In this document: one piece after another, positions 26,601 through 36,045 of the stretch | How positions within the stretch are numbered: the stretch's first letter is position 1 | Layout of the letters: every line of letters starts with the position of its first letter | Source of the DNA: an uncultured Gemmatimonadales bacterium | GTDB taxonomy: Bacteria; Gemmatimonadota; Gemmatimonadetes; Gemmatimonadales; GWC2-71-9 | Length of the DNA stretch: 64,000 nt | Direction: 5' to 3' | Assembly: GCA_963748815.1 (NCBI GenBank) | Contig: CAVVKJ010000006.1 | Location: forward strand, 65,728-129,727 | The notes under the pieces: generated by a model | What the model was told of the DNA's origin: nothing | Seen by the model: only the letters and a program-made list of their open reading frames with translations | Databases searched by the model: none | Program-made: the position numbers and the translations under genes

Positions 26601-28012
26601 GCCAGGCGCTCGCCGCGGAGCTGGGGCGCATCGTGGGCGCGCGATGGGTTCGCGCCCGCCCTGCGGAACTCGCCACCTACGAAGCCGACGGCCTCCCGAC
26701 CCACGCCTCCCGTCCCGCCCTCGCCGTTCTCCCCGGATCCAGACGCGAACTGATCGAGGTGATTCGCCTGCTCCACCTGGCCAGCGTGCCGTTCGTGGCG
26801 CGCGGCGCCGGCACCGGGCTGTCGGGAGGAGCGCTGGCGGGTGGCGACGCCGTCCTCGTCATCCTGACGCGCCTGAATCGCATCCTCCGCGTCGACCCGG
26901 CCCGACGCCGGGCCGTCGTCGAACCCGGCGTCGTGAACGCGCGGCTCTCCGAGGCCGCCCTGCCCCTCGGTCTCCACTACGCCCCGGATCCGTCGAGCCA
27001 GAGCGCCTGCACGCTTGGCGGGAACGTGGCCGAGAACGCCGGGGGACCGCACTGCCTCAAGTACGGCGTCACCACCAACCACGTCGTGGCGCTCGAGGTG
27101 CTCCTCCCGGACGCCAGCGTGGTGCGGGTCGGCTCGGAGAGCGGCGAGGCCTGGGGCCCCGACCTGGTGGGCCTGTTCGTGGGCAGCGAAGGAATGTTCG
27201 GCATCGCCACCGAGATCACCCTCCGCCTCCAGCCGCTGCCGGCCTCGGTCCAGACCCTCCTCGCGGCCTTTCCCGCCATCCGCGCCGCCAGCGAGGCGGT
27301 GAGCGGCATCATCGCCGCCGGCATCGTGCCCGCCGCCATGGAGATGATGGACCAGGCGTGCGTGCGCGCGGTGGAGGCGTCCATCTACGCCGCGGGCTAC
27401 CCGGTGGATGCCGCCGCCGTCCTGCTGGTCGAGCTCGACGGGTCGGCCGAGGCCGTTCGCGGGGAGGCGGCGCTGGTCGAGGCCCTGCTCCGGCGCCATC
27501 GGGCGACCGAAGTCCGCACCGCCTCCACCGAGGCCGAACGGGTGAAGCTCTGGCAGGGCCGCAAGAAGGCCTTCGGGGCGATGGGCCGGATCTCGCCCGA
27601 CCTCGCGGTGCAGGACGCCGTGGTGCCCCGAAGCACCCTGCCCGACATCCTCGACCAGGTCGCGGCGATCGCCGCGCACTACCGGCTCGACGTCGCGAAC
27701 GTCTTCCACGCGGGGGATGGCAACCTGCATCCGAACATCAGCTTCGACGGCGGCGACCCCGAAATGGTGGCCCGGGTGCGCGCCGCCAACCACGACATCA
27801 TGCACGCCTGTCTCGCCGTCGGCGGGAGCATCACCGGCGAACACGGCGTGGGCTCCGACAAGCTGGCGTACATGCCCGACGCATTCGACGCCGACACGCT
27901 CGGCGCCATGCGCGCCGTGCGGCAGGTCTTCGATCCAACCGCCCGGGCGAATCCGGGCAAGGTCATTCCCTATCACGCCTGTCGCGAGTGGCGTCGGGGA
28001 GGTGCCGTATGA
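26597..28012 (+). CDS. glcD: FAD-linked oxidase, glycolate oxidase subunit GlcD-like
   Basis: GTG 26597 overlaps the Lon-N stop (GTGA). FAD_binding_4 motif VARGAGTGLSGGA. C-terminal motif GSITGEHGVGSDK. 471 aa. Confidence 0.9.
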   Translation: MSQALAAELGRIVGARWVRARPAELATYEADGLPTHASRPALAVLPGSRRELIEVIRLLHLASVPFVARGAGTGLSGGALAGGDAVLVILTRLNRILRVDPARRRAVVEPGVVNARLSEAALPLGLHYAPDPSSQSACTLGGNVAENAGGPHCLKYGVTTNHVVALEVLLPDASVVRVGSESGEAWGPDLVGLFVGSEGMFGIATEITLRLQPLPASVQTLLAAFPAIRAASEAVSGIIAAGIVPAAMEMMDQACVRAVEASIYAAGYPVDAAAVLLVELDGSAEAVRGEAALVEALLRRHRATEVRTASTEAERVKLWQGRKKAFGAMGRISPDLAVQDAVVPRSTLPDILDQVAAIAAHYRLDVANVFHAGDGNLHPNISFDGGDPEMVARVRAANHDIMHACLAVGGSITGEHGVGSDKLAYMPDAFDADTLGAMRAVRQVFDPTARANPGKVIPYHACREWRRGGAV

Positions 28013-29223
28013 GTCACGACGTGTTGGATCGCCTCCGGGCGCTGCTCGGTCCCGCGGCGGTCAGCCGCGACCCCGACGGCATGCCGCGGGCGGTCCCCGA
28101 CTCCACCGACGCGGTCGCCGAGACGCTCCGGCTCGCCGACGAGTCGGGGTGGCGGGTCCGCCTCGAGGGACACGGGAGCTGGGTGCCAACCGACGCCCCG
28201 GCCGATCTCGCCCTCACGACGCGCGGCCTCGATCGCATCGTGGCGGTGCATCCCGCCGACCTCGTGGCGACGGTCGAGGCCGGGGTGGCGCTGGATGTTC
28301 TCCAGCGGCGGCTCGCCGGCGAGGGCATGTGGCTCGCGCTCGACGTTCCCGGCCGCCCCGAGCGGACCATCGGCTCGATCGTCGCCACCGGCACCGCAGG
28401 CGCGTTGCGCGCCGGGTTCGGCCCGGTGCGTGATCATGTCCTGGGCTGCACCGCCGTCACCGGCGACGGCCGAGTGGTCCGTCCCGGCGGCACCGTGGTC
28501 AAGAATGTGGCGGGATACGACCTCACCAAGCTGCAGGTGGGCGGCTTCGGTGCGTTCGGCGTGCTGACCACGCTGCACCTGCGACTCCGCGCCCGCCCGA
28601 CCGCGGACGTCACGCTCGTGGCCCGCGCCCCGCGCGACCACCTGACCAGCGCGGCGCGCGACCTCTCGGACGCCGGCGTCGAACCGCAGGCGCTCGAACT
28701 GCTCTCGCCGGCCGTCTGCGCCGATTCCGAATGGATGCTCGCGGCGCGGTGCGTCGGCTCCGAGGGCGGCGTCGCTGGGGACGTCGCGCGGATCCTCGAC
28801 ACCGCCGACCTGGCGTGGAGCCAGCTGGACGCCGAGCGCGCGCACGCCTTCTGGCACCTGGTGACCCACGCGGGCAGCGGCGCGGCCATCACGCTCCGAC
28901 TTGGCGCGCTCGCCCCCGGACTCGACGAACTGCTCGACCTCGTCAGCCAGCATCTCGACGAGGGACTCGTCTGGGCCGGCGCGGCGCAGGGGGGCATGCG
29001 CTGGGCGGGGGACGCAACCGCCGACCGGGTGCGCACGCTGCGGCACCTCGCCGCGGAGCGGGAAGTCCCCCTCACGCTCGAGCGCGCGCCCTGGCCCCTC
29101 CGCCAGGCGGTGGGGCATTTCGGGGCGTACCGGGAAGGGGTCGGACCGCTGGTGGCGCAGCTCCGCGAGGTCTTCGATCCGACCGGCCGGCTGGTCGTCG
29201 CCATGGACGGCCTCGACCCGTGA
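28009..29223 (+). CDS. glcE: FAD-binding glycolate oxidase subunit GlcE-like
   Basis: ATG 28009 overlaps the GlcD stop (ATGA). FAD-binding PCMH-type pattern (VKNVAGYDLTKLQVGGFGAFGVLT). 404 aa. Confidence 0.85.
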   Translation: MSHDVLDRLRALLGPAAVSRDPDGMPRAVPDSTDAVAETLRLADESGWRVRLEGHGSWVPTDAPADLALTTRGLDRIVAVHPADLVATVEAGVALDVLQRRLAGEGMWLALDVPGRPERTIGSIVATGTAGALRAGFGPVRDHVLGCTAVTGDGRVVRPGGTVVKNVAGYDLTKLQVGGFGAFGVLTTLHLRLRARPTADVTLVARAPRDHLTSAARDLSDAGVEPQALELLSPAVCADSEWMLAARCVGSEGGVAGDVARILDTADLAWSQLDAERAHAFWHLVTHAGSGAAITLRLGALAPGLDELLDLVSQHLDEGLVWAGAAQGGMRWAGDATADRVRTLRHLAAEREVPLTLERAPWPLRQAVGHFGAYREGVGPLVAQLREVFDPTGRLVVAMDGLDP

Positions 29224-30500
29224 GCGACCATGGCCGAGCCGCGATTCTCGATCCGCTCGCGCCGTGCGTGCACTGCGGCTTCTGCCTTCCGGCCTGCCCG
29301 ACCTACCTCGCCACCGGCGACGAGAACGACAGCCCGCGCGGCCGCATCGTCCTCATGCGGGCCATGGCCACCGGCGCAGTCGCTCCGACCGATGCCGCGC
29401 TCGGCAATCACCTGGATCGCTGCCTGGGCTGCCGCGGCTGCGAGCCCGCCTGCCCATCAGGAGTGTCCTACGGCGCGGGTCTCGCCGCCGCACGCCACGC
29501 GCTCGTGGAAGCCCGGGGACTCCCCTGGGCGGCCCGGATGATCCTAGCCATCTTCTCGACCCCGATGCTCTGGCGTCCGCTGCTCACCCTCGCCCGCTGG
29601 TTCCGCTCCACCGGCATCCCCCGCGCCCTCGCGGGGAATGGCCGCATCGGCTTCTCGATGGGCATGCTCGCTGCATCTGCCCCCGTGCCCCGCAGCCCCG
29701 CGGCCCCGCTGACTGGCCCCGCGGCCCCGCGGCCCCGCCCCACGGTGGCCCTCTTCACCGGCTGCGTGATGGACACCCTCTTCCCGCATGTGCACGGCGC
29801 CGCCCGGCGAACGCTTGAAGCCAACGGCTATCGAGTCGTCGAGGTGCGGGGCCAGGAATGCTGCGGGGCGCTGCACGAGCACGCGGGGGACCACATTGGG
29901 GCGACGACGCTCGCGTTCCGGAACGTCGCAGCGTTTGCGGGTGCCGCGGATTTCATCGCCGTGGACAGCGCCGGCTGCGGCGCCCTCCTGAAGGAATACG
30001 GCCGCCTCCTCGGCACCGAGGCCGCAGCCGAATTTGCGGACCGGGTCAAGGATGTCACCGAACTGCTCGCGGCGAAGGGACCTCGGGCCGCCGGGCCGCT
30101 CGCCGGCGAGGTCGTCTATGACGCCCCCTGTCACCTCCAGCACGCCCAGGGAGTCCAGACCGCACCACTGGCGGTGCTCGAGGCCATCGAGGGCATCCGC
30201 CTCCGCCAGCTGCCGGGTGCGGATCGCTGTTGCGGCAGCGCCGGCATCTATTCGATCCTCGAGCCCGCCCTCTCCCGCGACGTGCTGGACGCGAAGGTGG
30301 CCGCGATTCAGGGCGCCCGCCCGGTGCCCGCCGTCGTCGCGACCGGCAACCCCGGCTGCCTCATGCAGGTCGGCGCCGGGCTGCTCGCTGAGGGATTGCC
30401 GACCCGGGTCGCGCACCCGGTTGAGCTGCTCGACGAGGCGTACCGGCTGCACGGGGTCTATGCCCCCCTCGACCCTCCCCCCGCTAGGTTTCGGGCATGA
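29220..30500 (+). CDS. glcF: (Fe-S)-binding glycolate oxidase subunit GlcF-like
   Basis: GTG 29220 overlaps the GlcE stop. Two ferredoxin-type clusters (CVHCGFCLPACP and CLGCRGCEPACP) are followed by CCG domains (CCGALHEH, CCGSAG). 426 aa. Confidence 0.9.
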   Translation: MSDHGRAAILDPLAPCVHCGFCLPACPTYLATGDENDSPRGRIVLMRAMATGAVAPTDAALGNHLDRCLGCRGCEPACPSGVSYGAGLAAARHALVEARGLPWAARMILAIFSTPMLWRPLLTLARWFRSTGIPRALAGNGRIGFSMGMLAASAPVPRSPAAPLTGPAAPRPRPTVALFTGCVMDTLFPHVHGAARRTLEANGYRVVEVRGQECCGALHEHAGDHIGATTLAFRNVAAFAGAADFIAVDSAGCGALLKEYGRLLGTEAAAEFADRVKDVTELLAAKGPRAAGPLAGEVVYDAPCHLQHAQGVQTAPLAVLEAIEGIRLRQLPGADRCCGSAGIYSILEPALSRDVLDAKVAAIQGARPVPAVVATGNPGCLMQVGAGLLAEGLPTRVAHPVELLDEAYRLHGVYAPLDPPPARFRA

Positions 30501-31474
30501 TCTCCGCCGCACTCCCCGATTTCGAGCGGCTCCACTTGTTGCGGGGGGGCGCCGTCCTCGTCGACGCCCCCGCAGCGGTGTTTCGTGTCACCGGGAGCGG
30601 CGCCGTCGCCTGCCTGCAAGGTCTCTGGACCAACGACCTGGTCGAGCCGGGTGAGGCCTCGTTTACCTACGGGGGGCTGCTCACCCCGAAGGGAATGATC
30701 GTCGCCGACGGCTGGGCGCTCCGCGCCGGCGACGCCATCGACCTCCTCCTTCCGCCCCACGCGCGAGAGCCTGTCGGCCAGATACTCACCCGTTCGCTTC
30801 CCCCGCGCCTCGCCACGGTGACCGACCTCTCCGAGTCCACCCGGGTGCTCCACCTCCTCGGCGATGCCTCCCTCGACCGGTGGCCCGTCGTCCCGCTCGG
30901 ACGGTTGCCGGAGGCCGGGCAGGTTGCGCAGGGGAACCTCGCGGAGGGCGACTTCCACGTGGCCGTGCCGGCTGCCGGGCCGTTTCAGGCCCTCGTCGTC
31001 GGGGCCGGCGATGCTGTGCGTGGGGCGATGTCGCTCCTCAAGGCGGCCGGCATGCGAGTCGGCGAGGAAACCGACCGCGAGGCCGCCAGGATCCTGGCCG
31101 GTTGGCCTGCCCTGGGAGCGGAGATCGACGAACGCACCCTTCCGCAGGAAGTGCGCTTCGACGAACACGCGGGCGTGTCCTACACGAAGGGGTGCTATAC
31201 CGGGCAGGAAACGGTGGCGCGGTTGCACTTTCGAGGGCATGCCAACCGGGTGTTGCGGGGACTCCGGTGGATCGGTCCACAAGCCGCGGGCGACCAGGTG
31301 CTCGCGGGCGAGAAGCCGGTGGGCCGCGTCAGTTCCACGCTCACGGTCCCGGACCGTGTCCTCGGCCTGGCGCTGATTCGGCGCGAGGTCCATCCGGGCA
31401 ATCGCGTCACCATCGGTGGCGCCCCGGCTGTCGTCCTCGAACTCCCGTTCGGGCCGGAGGACATCGAAGGGTGA
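30497..31474 (+). CDS. ygfZ: YgfZ/CAF17-type folate-binding protein (GcvT-like fold)
   Basis: ATG overlaps the GlcF stop (ATGA). The C-terminal KGCYTGQETVARLHFRGH motif is characteristic of the YgfZ family. Confidence 0.85.
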   Translation: MISAALPDFERLHLLRGGAVLVDAPAAVFRVTGSGAVACLQGLWTNDLVEPGEASFTYGGLLTPKGMIVADGWALRAGDAIDLLLPPHAREPVGQILTRSLPPRLATVTDLSESTRVLHLLGDASLDRWPVVPLGRLPEAGQVAQGNLAEGDFHVAVPAAGPFQALVVGAGDAVRGAMSLLKAAGMRVGEETDREAARILAGWPALGAEIDERTLPQEVRFDEHAGVSYTKGCYTGQETVARLHFRGHANRVLRGLRWIGPQAAGDQVLAGEKPVGRVSSTLTVPDRVLGLALIRREVHPGNRVTIGGAPAVVLELPFGPEDIEG

Positions 31475-32460
31475 GGGTGTTCGTCACTGGAGGGACCGGA
31501 CTCGTCGGCGAGCCGGTGGTGCGGACACTCGTGGCCCGGGGCGATACCGTCACCGCGCTCGTCCGGACGCGCGAGGCCGCAAAACGCATCAGCGCGCTGG
31601 GCGCCTCACCGGTGCTCGGCACCGTTGAGGATTCCCGGACCTGGGACAGCCTCGCCGCGGCGGACGGCATCATCCACTCCGCCGCGCTGGTCTCGGCCCG
31701 GACCCCCTGGCAAACCTTCTTCCAAGTGAACGTCGAAGGCACGAGGCTCGCTGCGGCCGCCGCGCGCCGGCTGCGGGCGCGCCTGGTCCACATCTCCTCG
31801 GTGGCCGTCTATGGCCGGCAGGCCGCCGACGAACCACCCGGCAGTCGGAGCGAGCACGCCCCGCTCGGCCCGCTCGAGGAGCACGACTTCTACGCCCGAA
31901 GCAAACGGCTCGCGGAGGACATGGTCCGGTCGGAGGTGGCGCTGGGGCTGGAAGCGGTGATCCTCCGGCCCTGCGTCGTCTACGGGAGCGGCGACCGGCT
32001 CTTCCTGCCGCGAATGGCGGCCGCAGCCCGGTGGGGATGGCTCCCGCGGGTGGGCACCGGCAGCCTCCCGATGGCCGTCGTCCACGCCGAGAGCGTCGCC
32101 GACGCCGCACTCCGCGCCCTCGACACACCTCGCGCCGTCAGCCGGATCTACCAGGTGACCAACGACGGGGAGATCACCACGCGGGAGTTCGTGGCGGCCC
32201 TTGCCGACGGCGTTGGTCGGAGGGTCCGAACTGTCCCCGTTCCGGAGGCGGCGGCCCTCGCGATTGCGCGTGGGACACAAGCAATGCTTCGGCTGGTCGG
32301 GCCGGGCCTCTATCCGGGCACCATTACCGGCGCGGTTCGATTCTGGCGGGGGGGCAATCCCTACACGTCCGCGCGAGCCGAGGCGGAACTCGGCTGGAAG
32401 CCGAACGTCGCGCACCGCGAGGCGATCACCGCGCTCGTGCGCCGGCTCTCGTTCGGCTGA
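31471..32460 (+). CDS. NAD-dependent epimerase/dehydratase family (extended SDR) protein
   Basis: GTG 31471 overlaps the YgfZ stop (GTGA). VFVTGGTGLVG Rossmann motif and YxxxK (YARSK). 329 aa. Confidence 0.85.
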   Translation: MRVFVTGGTGLVGEPVVRTLVARGDTVTALVRTREAAKRISALGASPVLGTVEDSRTWDSLAAADGIIHSAALVSARTPWQTFFQVNVEGTRLAAAAARRLRARLVHISSVAVYGRQAADEPPGSRSEHAPLGPLEEHDFYARSKRLAEDMVRSEVALGLEAVILRPCVVYGSGDRLFLPRMAAAARWGWLPRVGTGSLPMAVVHAESVADAALRALDTPRAVSRIYQVTNDGEITTREFVAALADGVGRRVRTVPVPEAAALAIARGTQAMLRLVGPGLYPGTITGAVRFWRGGNPYTSARAEAELGWKPNVAHREAITALVRRLSFG

Positions 32461-32478
32461 TTCCCGGCAGGAGCGTCG

Positions 32479-32673
32479 CTACATCGCCCGGGCGGTGTCG
32501 CGCGCCATCACGGTGTCCGCAGGCGTGGTGTCGGCAACGGATGGGGCGGGCGGAGCTGGAACGGTGGCCGGCGACGCGGCCACACTGTCCACCGGGGGTT
32601 TGCCCGAGTCGGCCTGTTCGCGCGCACACGCGAGGCAGGCAATCAGCGTCACAAGAATGCCGTACGTTCTCAT
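32479..32673 (-). CDS. small putative lipoprotein (64 aa)
   Basis: Internal ATG 32673 is preceded by GGAG. MRTYGILVTLIACLACAREQ looks like a lipobox, followed by a Pro/Ala-rich tail. There is no similarity I recognise. Confidence 0.45.
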   Translation of the reverse strand: MRTYGILVTLIACLACAREQADSGKPPVDSVAASPATVPAPPAPSVADTTPADTVMARDTARAM

Positions 32674-32680
32674 CGTCTCC

Positions 32681-33340
32681 TCACTTATTCGGGTTGTTCG
32701 AGGATATGCCGTCCGCTGGCCACCCCATCCGGCGCGCGCGATCGACGATCGCGTCCCCCGCCCCGCCGTACCCAAGCAGACCAGTATTCAGCACCAGGTG
32801 GAAGTGGGTGGGGTCGGCCCAGTCCCGGTCGTAGTACTCCCTGTGGTAGCGCTCGCGGTTCTGGTCGGTGTCGTCCATCAGGCGCTCCGCCTCCGTCGCC
32901 CCGAGGTGCTGCCGGGCCATCACCGCGCGAATCCGGTCGGCCCGAGGGGCCACGACCCGTACGTGGAGGGCGTCCTCCTTGCGGGCCAGTACCGCCGGCG
33001 CCGCCCGTCCCACCAGCACTACCCGACCCTCCGCCGCGAGGTCTGCGACCACCCCCTCGGTCACCTTGACGAGCGCGGCCTCCTCCAACTCGGCCGGTCG
33101 GAGCGGCGAAGGTGGCGCGATCAGCTCCGGCGCGGCACGCGAGAGCGCGCGGACCAGCCATTCACGGAATCCCGGCGCCCGCTCATCCCGGAGGGCCACC
33201 GTCGCCTCCGGCACCCCGGCTCGCACCGCCACGCGGGCAACGAAATCGTTGTCCACCAGCCGCCAGCCGAGCGCACGCGCGGCATGTTCCGCGACGAGCG
33301 ACCCGCCGGCCCCGAATTCACGCGAGATGGTGATCAGCAT
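32681..33340 (-). CDS. cytidylate kinase-like family P-loop protein
   Basis: ATG 33340 gives MLITISREFGAGGSLVAEHAARALGW, the typical Cytidylate_kin2 N-terminus. 219 aa. Confidence 0.8.
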   Translation of the reverse strand: MLITISREFGAGGSLVAEHAARALGWRLVDNDFVARVAVRAGVPEATVALRDERAPGFREWLVRALSRAAPELIAPPSPLRPAELEEAALVKVTEGVVADLAAEGRVVLVGRAAPAVLARKEDALHVRVVAPRADRIRAVMARQHLGATEAERLMDDTDQNRERYHREYYDRDWADPTHFHLVLNTGLLGYGGAGDAIVDRARRMGWPADGISSNNPNK

Positions 33341-33362
33341 CGTCGTACCGCCTGGAAGAAGA

Positions 33363-34592
33363 CTAGGCTGCCGCAGGGACCGGCGACCGCCGTGCGCTCC
33401 GCCACGCCAGCATCGCCGCGAGGACGCACACACCGCCGCCCACGGCGAGCGACGCCTGTACCCCGAAGTGTTCCGAGACCCAGCCCGCCTGGAGCGCCCC
33501 GAGCGGCGCCATCCCGACCACCATGAAGGAATAGAAGCCCATCACGCGACCCCGGAGATGATCCGGGGCCTTGGTCTGCAGGATGGTGTTGGTCAGGATG
33601 CTGGTCAGCGCCCAGCTGCATCCGGCCAGCGTCAGGAGGAAGAGCGCGGCGCTGAACTGGCCCACCAGGCTCGTCACGAGCAGCACGCAGCCGAAGAGCG
33701 AGGCGAAGAGGAACACCCGTCCTTCCTGCTGCACCCGGTGTCCCATCGCAGCCACGAAGAGGGCCGCGGCCGCGGCGCCCACCCCGACGCCGGACATCAG
33801 CGCGCCGTAGCCGGTGGCGCCGGCCCCCAGCACTTGCGACGCATACACCGGCAGCATCGGGGCAAACGAGAACCCGAAGACGCTGAACGTGATGGTCAGC
33901 AGGGTCAACAGGCGCGGCTCCGCCGTGCCCATGATGTAGCGCCATCCGTCGCGGAAGGTCGAGCGGCCGGGCAGCGCGCCGCTGCCCCCGGCGAACGGCG
34001 GCCGCATGATCACGAGCATCCACAGCACGGCCAGGTAGCTCGCGGCGTTGACGAAGAAGCAGGCGGCGATGCCGATCCCGGCGATCACGAGGCCGGCGAT
34101 GGCCGGCCCGATGACGCGCGTGACGTTGAACACCGACGAATTCAGGGCGATCGCCGTCATCAGGTCCTCCCGCCCCGTCATCTCGACGAGGAAGGACTGT
34201 CGCGCCGGAATCTCGAAGGCGGCGAGCAGGCCCTGCGCGGCCGCGAGGACCATCACCCATCCGACCGTGACCCGGCCGGTGGCCGTCAGGAGCGCCAGCG
34301 CGAGCGCCTCGAGGAGCATCAGCGTCTGCAGCACGAGGAGAAATCGGCGCTTGTTGACCCGGTCGGCCACCACGCCGCCGTACAGCGTGAACAGCAGGAC
34401 AGGCAGGGTGTTGATGGTGGTGACGAGACCGACCTGGAAGGCGGAGTTGGTGAGTTGGAGCACCAGCCACCCCTGCGCGACCGTCTGCATCCAGGTCCCG
34501 CTCAGGGAGACAAACTGTCCCCCGAGGAAGAGCCGGAAGTTCCGGTGCCGCAGGGCCCCGAAGGCGGGACGCGGAACCGCGGCAGTGCTCAC
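33363..34592 (-). CDS. MFS transporter (EntS/DUF894-like)
   Basis: About 12 predicted TM segments. The N-terminus FGALRHRNFRLFLGGQFVSLSGTWMQ...GGVVADR is typical of this MFS subfamily. The start is taken at GTG 34592 and is uncertain by a few codons. Confidence 0.85.
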   Translation of the reverse strand: MSTAAVPRPAFGALRHRNFRLFLGGQFVSLSGTWMQTVAQGWLVLQLTNSAFQVGLVTTINTLPVLLFTLYGGVVADRVNKRRFLLVLQTLMLLEALALALLTATGRVTVGWVMVLAAAQGLLAAFEIPARQSFLVEMTGREDLMTAIALNSSVFNVTRVIGPAIAGLVIAGIGIAACFFVNAASYLAVLWMLVIMRPPFAGGSGALPGRSTFRDGWRYIMGTAEPRLLTLLTITFSVFGFSFAPMLPVYASQVLGAGATGYGALMSGVGVGAAAAALFVAAMGHRVQQEGRVFLFASLFGCVLLVTSLVGQFSAALFLLTLAGCSWALTSILTNTILQTKAPDHLRGRVMGFYSFMVVGMAPLGALQAGWVSEHFGVQASLAVGGGVCVLAAMLAWRSARRSPVPAAA

Positions 34593-34611
34593 CGCGACCT
34601 GCCGCCCACGA

Positions 34612-36045
34612 CTATTTGACCACCTGCTTGACGAGCTTGCCGGCAGGGAAGGTCCCGTCGACGGCGATCCCGTTGAGCAGCGCAACCCGCTCGACCGGCA
34701 CCACCGAGGGGTACCTGGCATGGAACGCGGCGACGGTCATCGGCGCGCTGAGCTTGACGACCTTGATCCGGGTGGGGCGGACGGTCAGCTTCGCGGCGTC
34801 GGTGAGGGGCCGGAAGCTGCGGACCCAGGTGCGCATGGCGTTGTCGTAGGCGGCGGCCTGCGCTTCCTTCGCAATGGTCATCAACCGGTAGTTCCGGCCG
34901 CCGTAGGTGATGAACGTGATGTATCCGCGGACCGCGCCGGCCGGGATCATGGCCCGGAAGGGGGCGGACACCGCCGGCAGCCCGTTGATCGCGGCCTGGC
35001 TCACGGCGCCCGACGTCACGCTGTCTTGCGCCAGGAAAGACTGGAGCTGGGTCGCGATCGGATCGGCGCTGCCGAGCTCGAGTTGCAGCAGCCCATCCTC
35101 CTTCTCCGCCAGTCCGGTCACCGCGGAGAAGCCGTTGTTGGTGCGCCAGCCGGCAGGGAAGATGACTTGGAACTTCAGCTCCGGATGGTAGAACGCCTGG
35201 CCGTCGAAGTATCCCTGTCGGGGGTCGTCTCCGTACACCATCCCGTCGAGCTGCCGGAGGAACGGATCCCGGTTCCACGCGAGGGCGGCGTAGTCGACCT
35301 TGGCGCTGTCGATCATGCGCTGGGTCTGCGCCAGGCGGTTCTCGGGGTAGGGGTGGGTCACCGCCCAGGCGGGGAGCCGCTCCTGGCCACTCGCCGACTC
35401 CACGCTCGCGAGCATGGAGAAGAGGTCGAGCATCGCGTGCGGGTCGTACCCCGAGCGAAGGGAGTACCGGAAGCCGAGCATGTCCGCCTGGCTCTCGTCG
35501 TCGCGGGTGTACTTGAGGAAGAGCAGTTGCAGGCCGGCGCCGGCCGCCCCGATATAGCCCTGGAGGTCGGGCCGGAGAACCGCGCCGAGCCCGAGCCCCA
35601 GCTGCGCGAGCTGGGCCCGGCTCATCTGCGATGCGGAGTGGCGCGCCGTGACATGCCCAATCTCGTGGCCGAGCACCCCGACGAGCTCCGCTTCCGAGTT
35701 CATGTTGGCCAGGATGCCGCGCGTCACATAGATGAACCCCCCGGGCAGCGCGAAGGCGTTGACCTGGGGGTCGTCCACGACCGTGAATTTCCATGGGAGT
35801 TGAGGGCGCTCGGAGGTGGCGGCAAGCTGCAGCCCGAGCCGCGAAACGTACGGCTGCCAGACCGAATCCTCGTAGGTGCCCATCTGGACGGCCACCTGCT
35901 GGGCCGCCTCGACGCCCAGCGCCACCTCCTGGCTCTCGGAGACGAGGATGAGTTCCTTCTGGCCTGTCGCGGGGTTCATCGCGCACCCCGCGACCAGCGA
36001 CCAAGCCAGCGCCGCCCCGAGGCGGCGCCGCGCCTGGGTTTGCAT
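34612..36045 (-). CDS. M48-family zinc metalloprotease lipoprotein
   Basis: ATG 36045 gives MQTQARRRLGAALAWSLVAGC (lipobox). HEIGH zinc motif within GVLGHEIGHVTARH. 477 aa. Confidence 0.9.
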   Translation of the reverse strand: MQTQARRRLGAALAWSLVAGCAMNPATGQKELILVSESQEVALGVEAAQQVAVQMGTYEDSVWQPYVSRLGLQLAATSERPQLPWKFTVVDDPQVNAFALPGGFIYVTRGILANMNSEAELVGVLGHEIGHVTARHSASQMSRAQLAQLGLGLGAVLRPDLQGYIGAAGAGLQLLFLKYTRDDESQADMLGFRYSLRSGYDPHAMLDLFSMLASVESASGQERLPAWAVTHPYPENRLAQTQRMIDSAKVDYAALAWNRDPFLRQLDGMVYGDDPRQGYFDGQAFYHPELKFQVIFPAGWRTNNGFSAVTGLAEKEDGLLQLELGSADPIATQLQSFLAQDSVTSGAVSQAAINGLPAVSAPFRAMIPAGAVRGYITFITYGGRNYRLMTIAKEAQAAAYDNAMRTWVRSFRPLTDAAKLTVRPTRIKVVKLSAPMTVAAFHARYPSVVPVERVALLNGIAVDGTFPAGKLVKQVVK

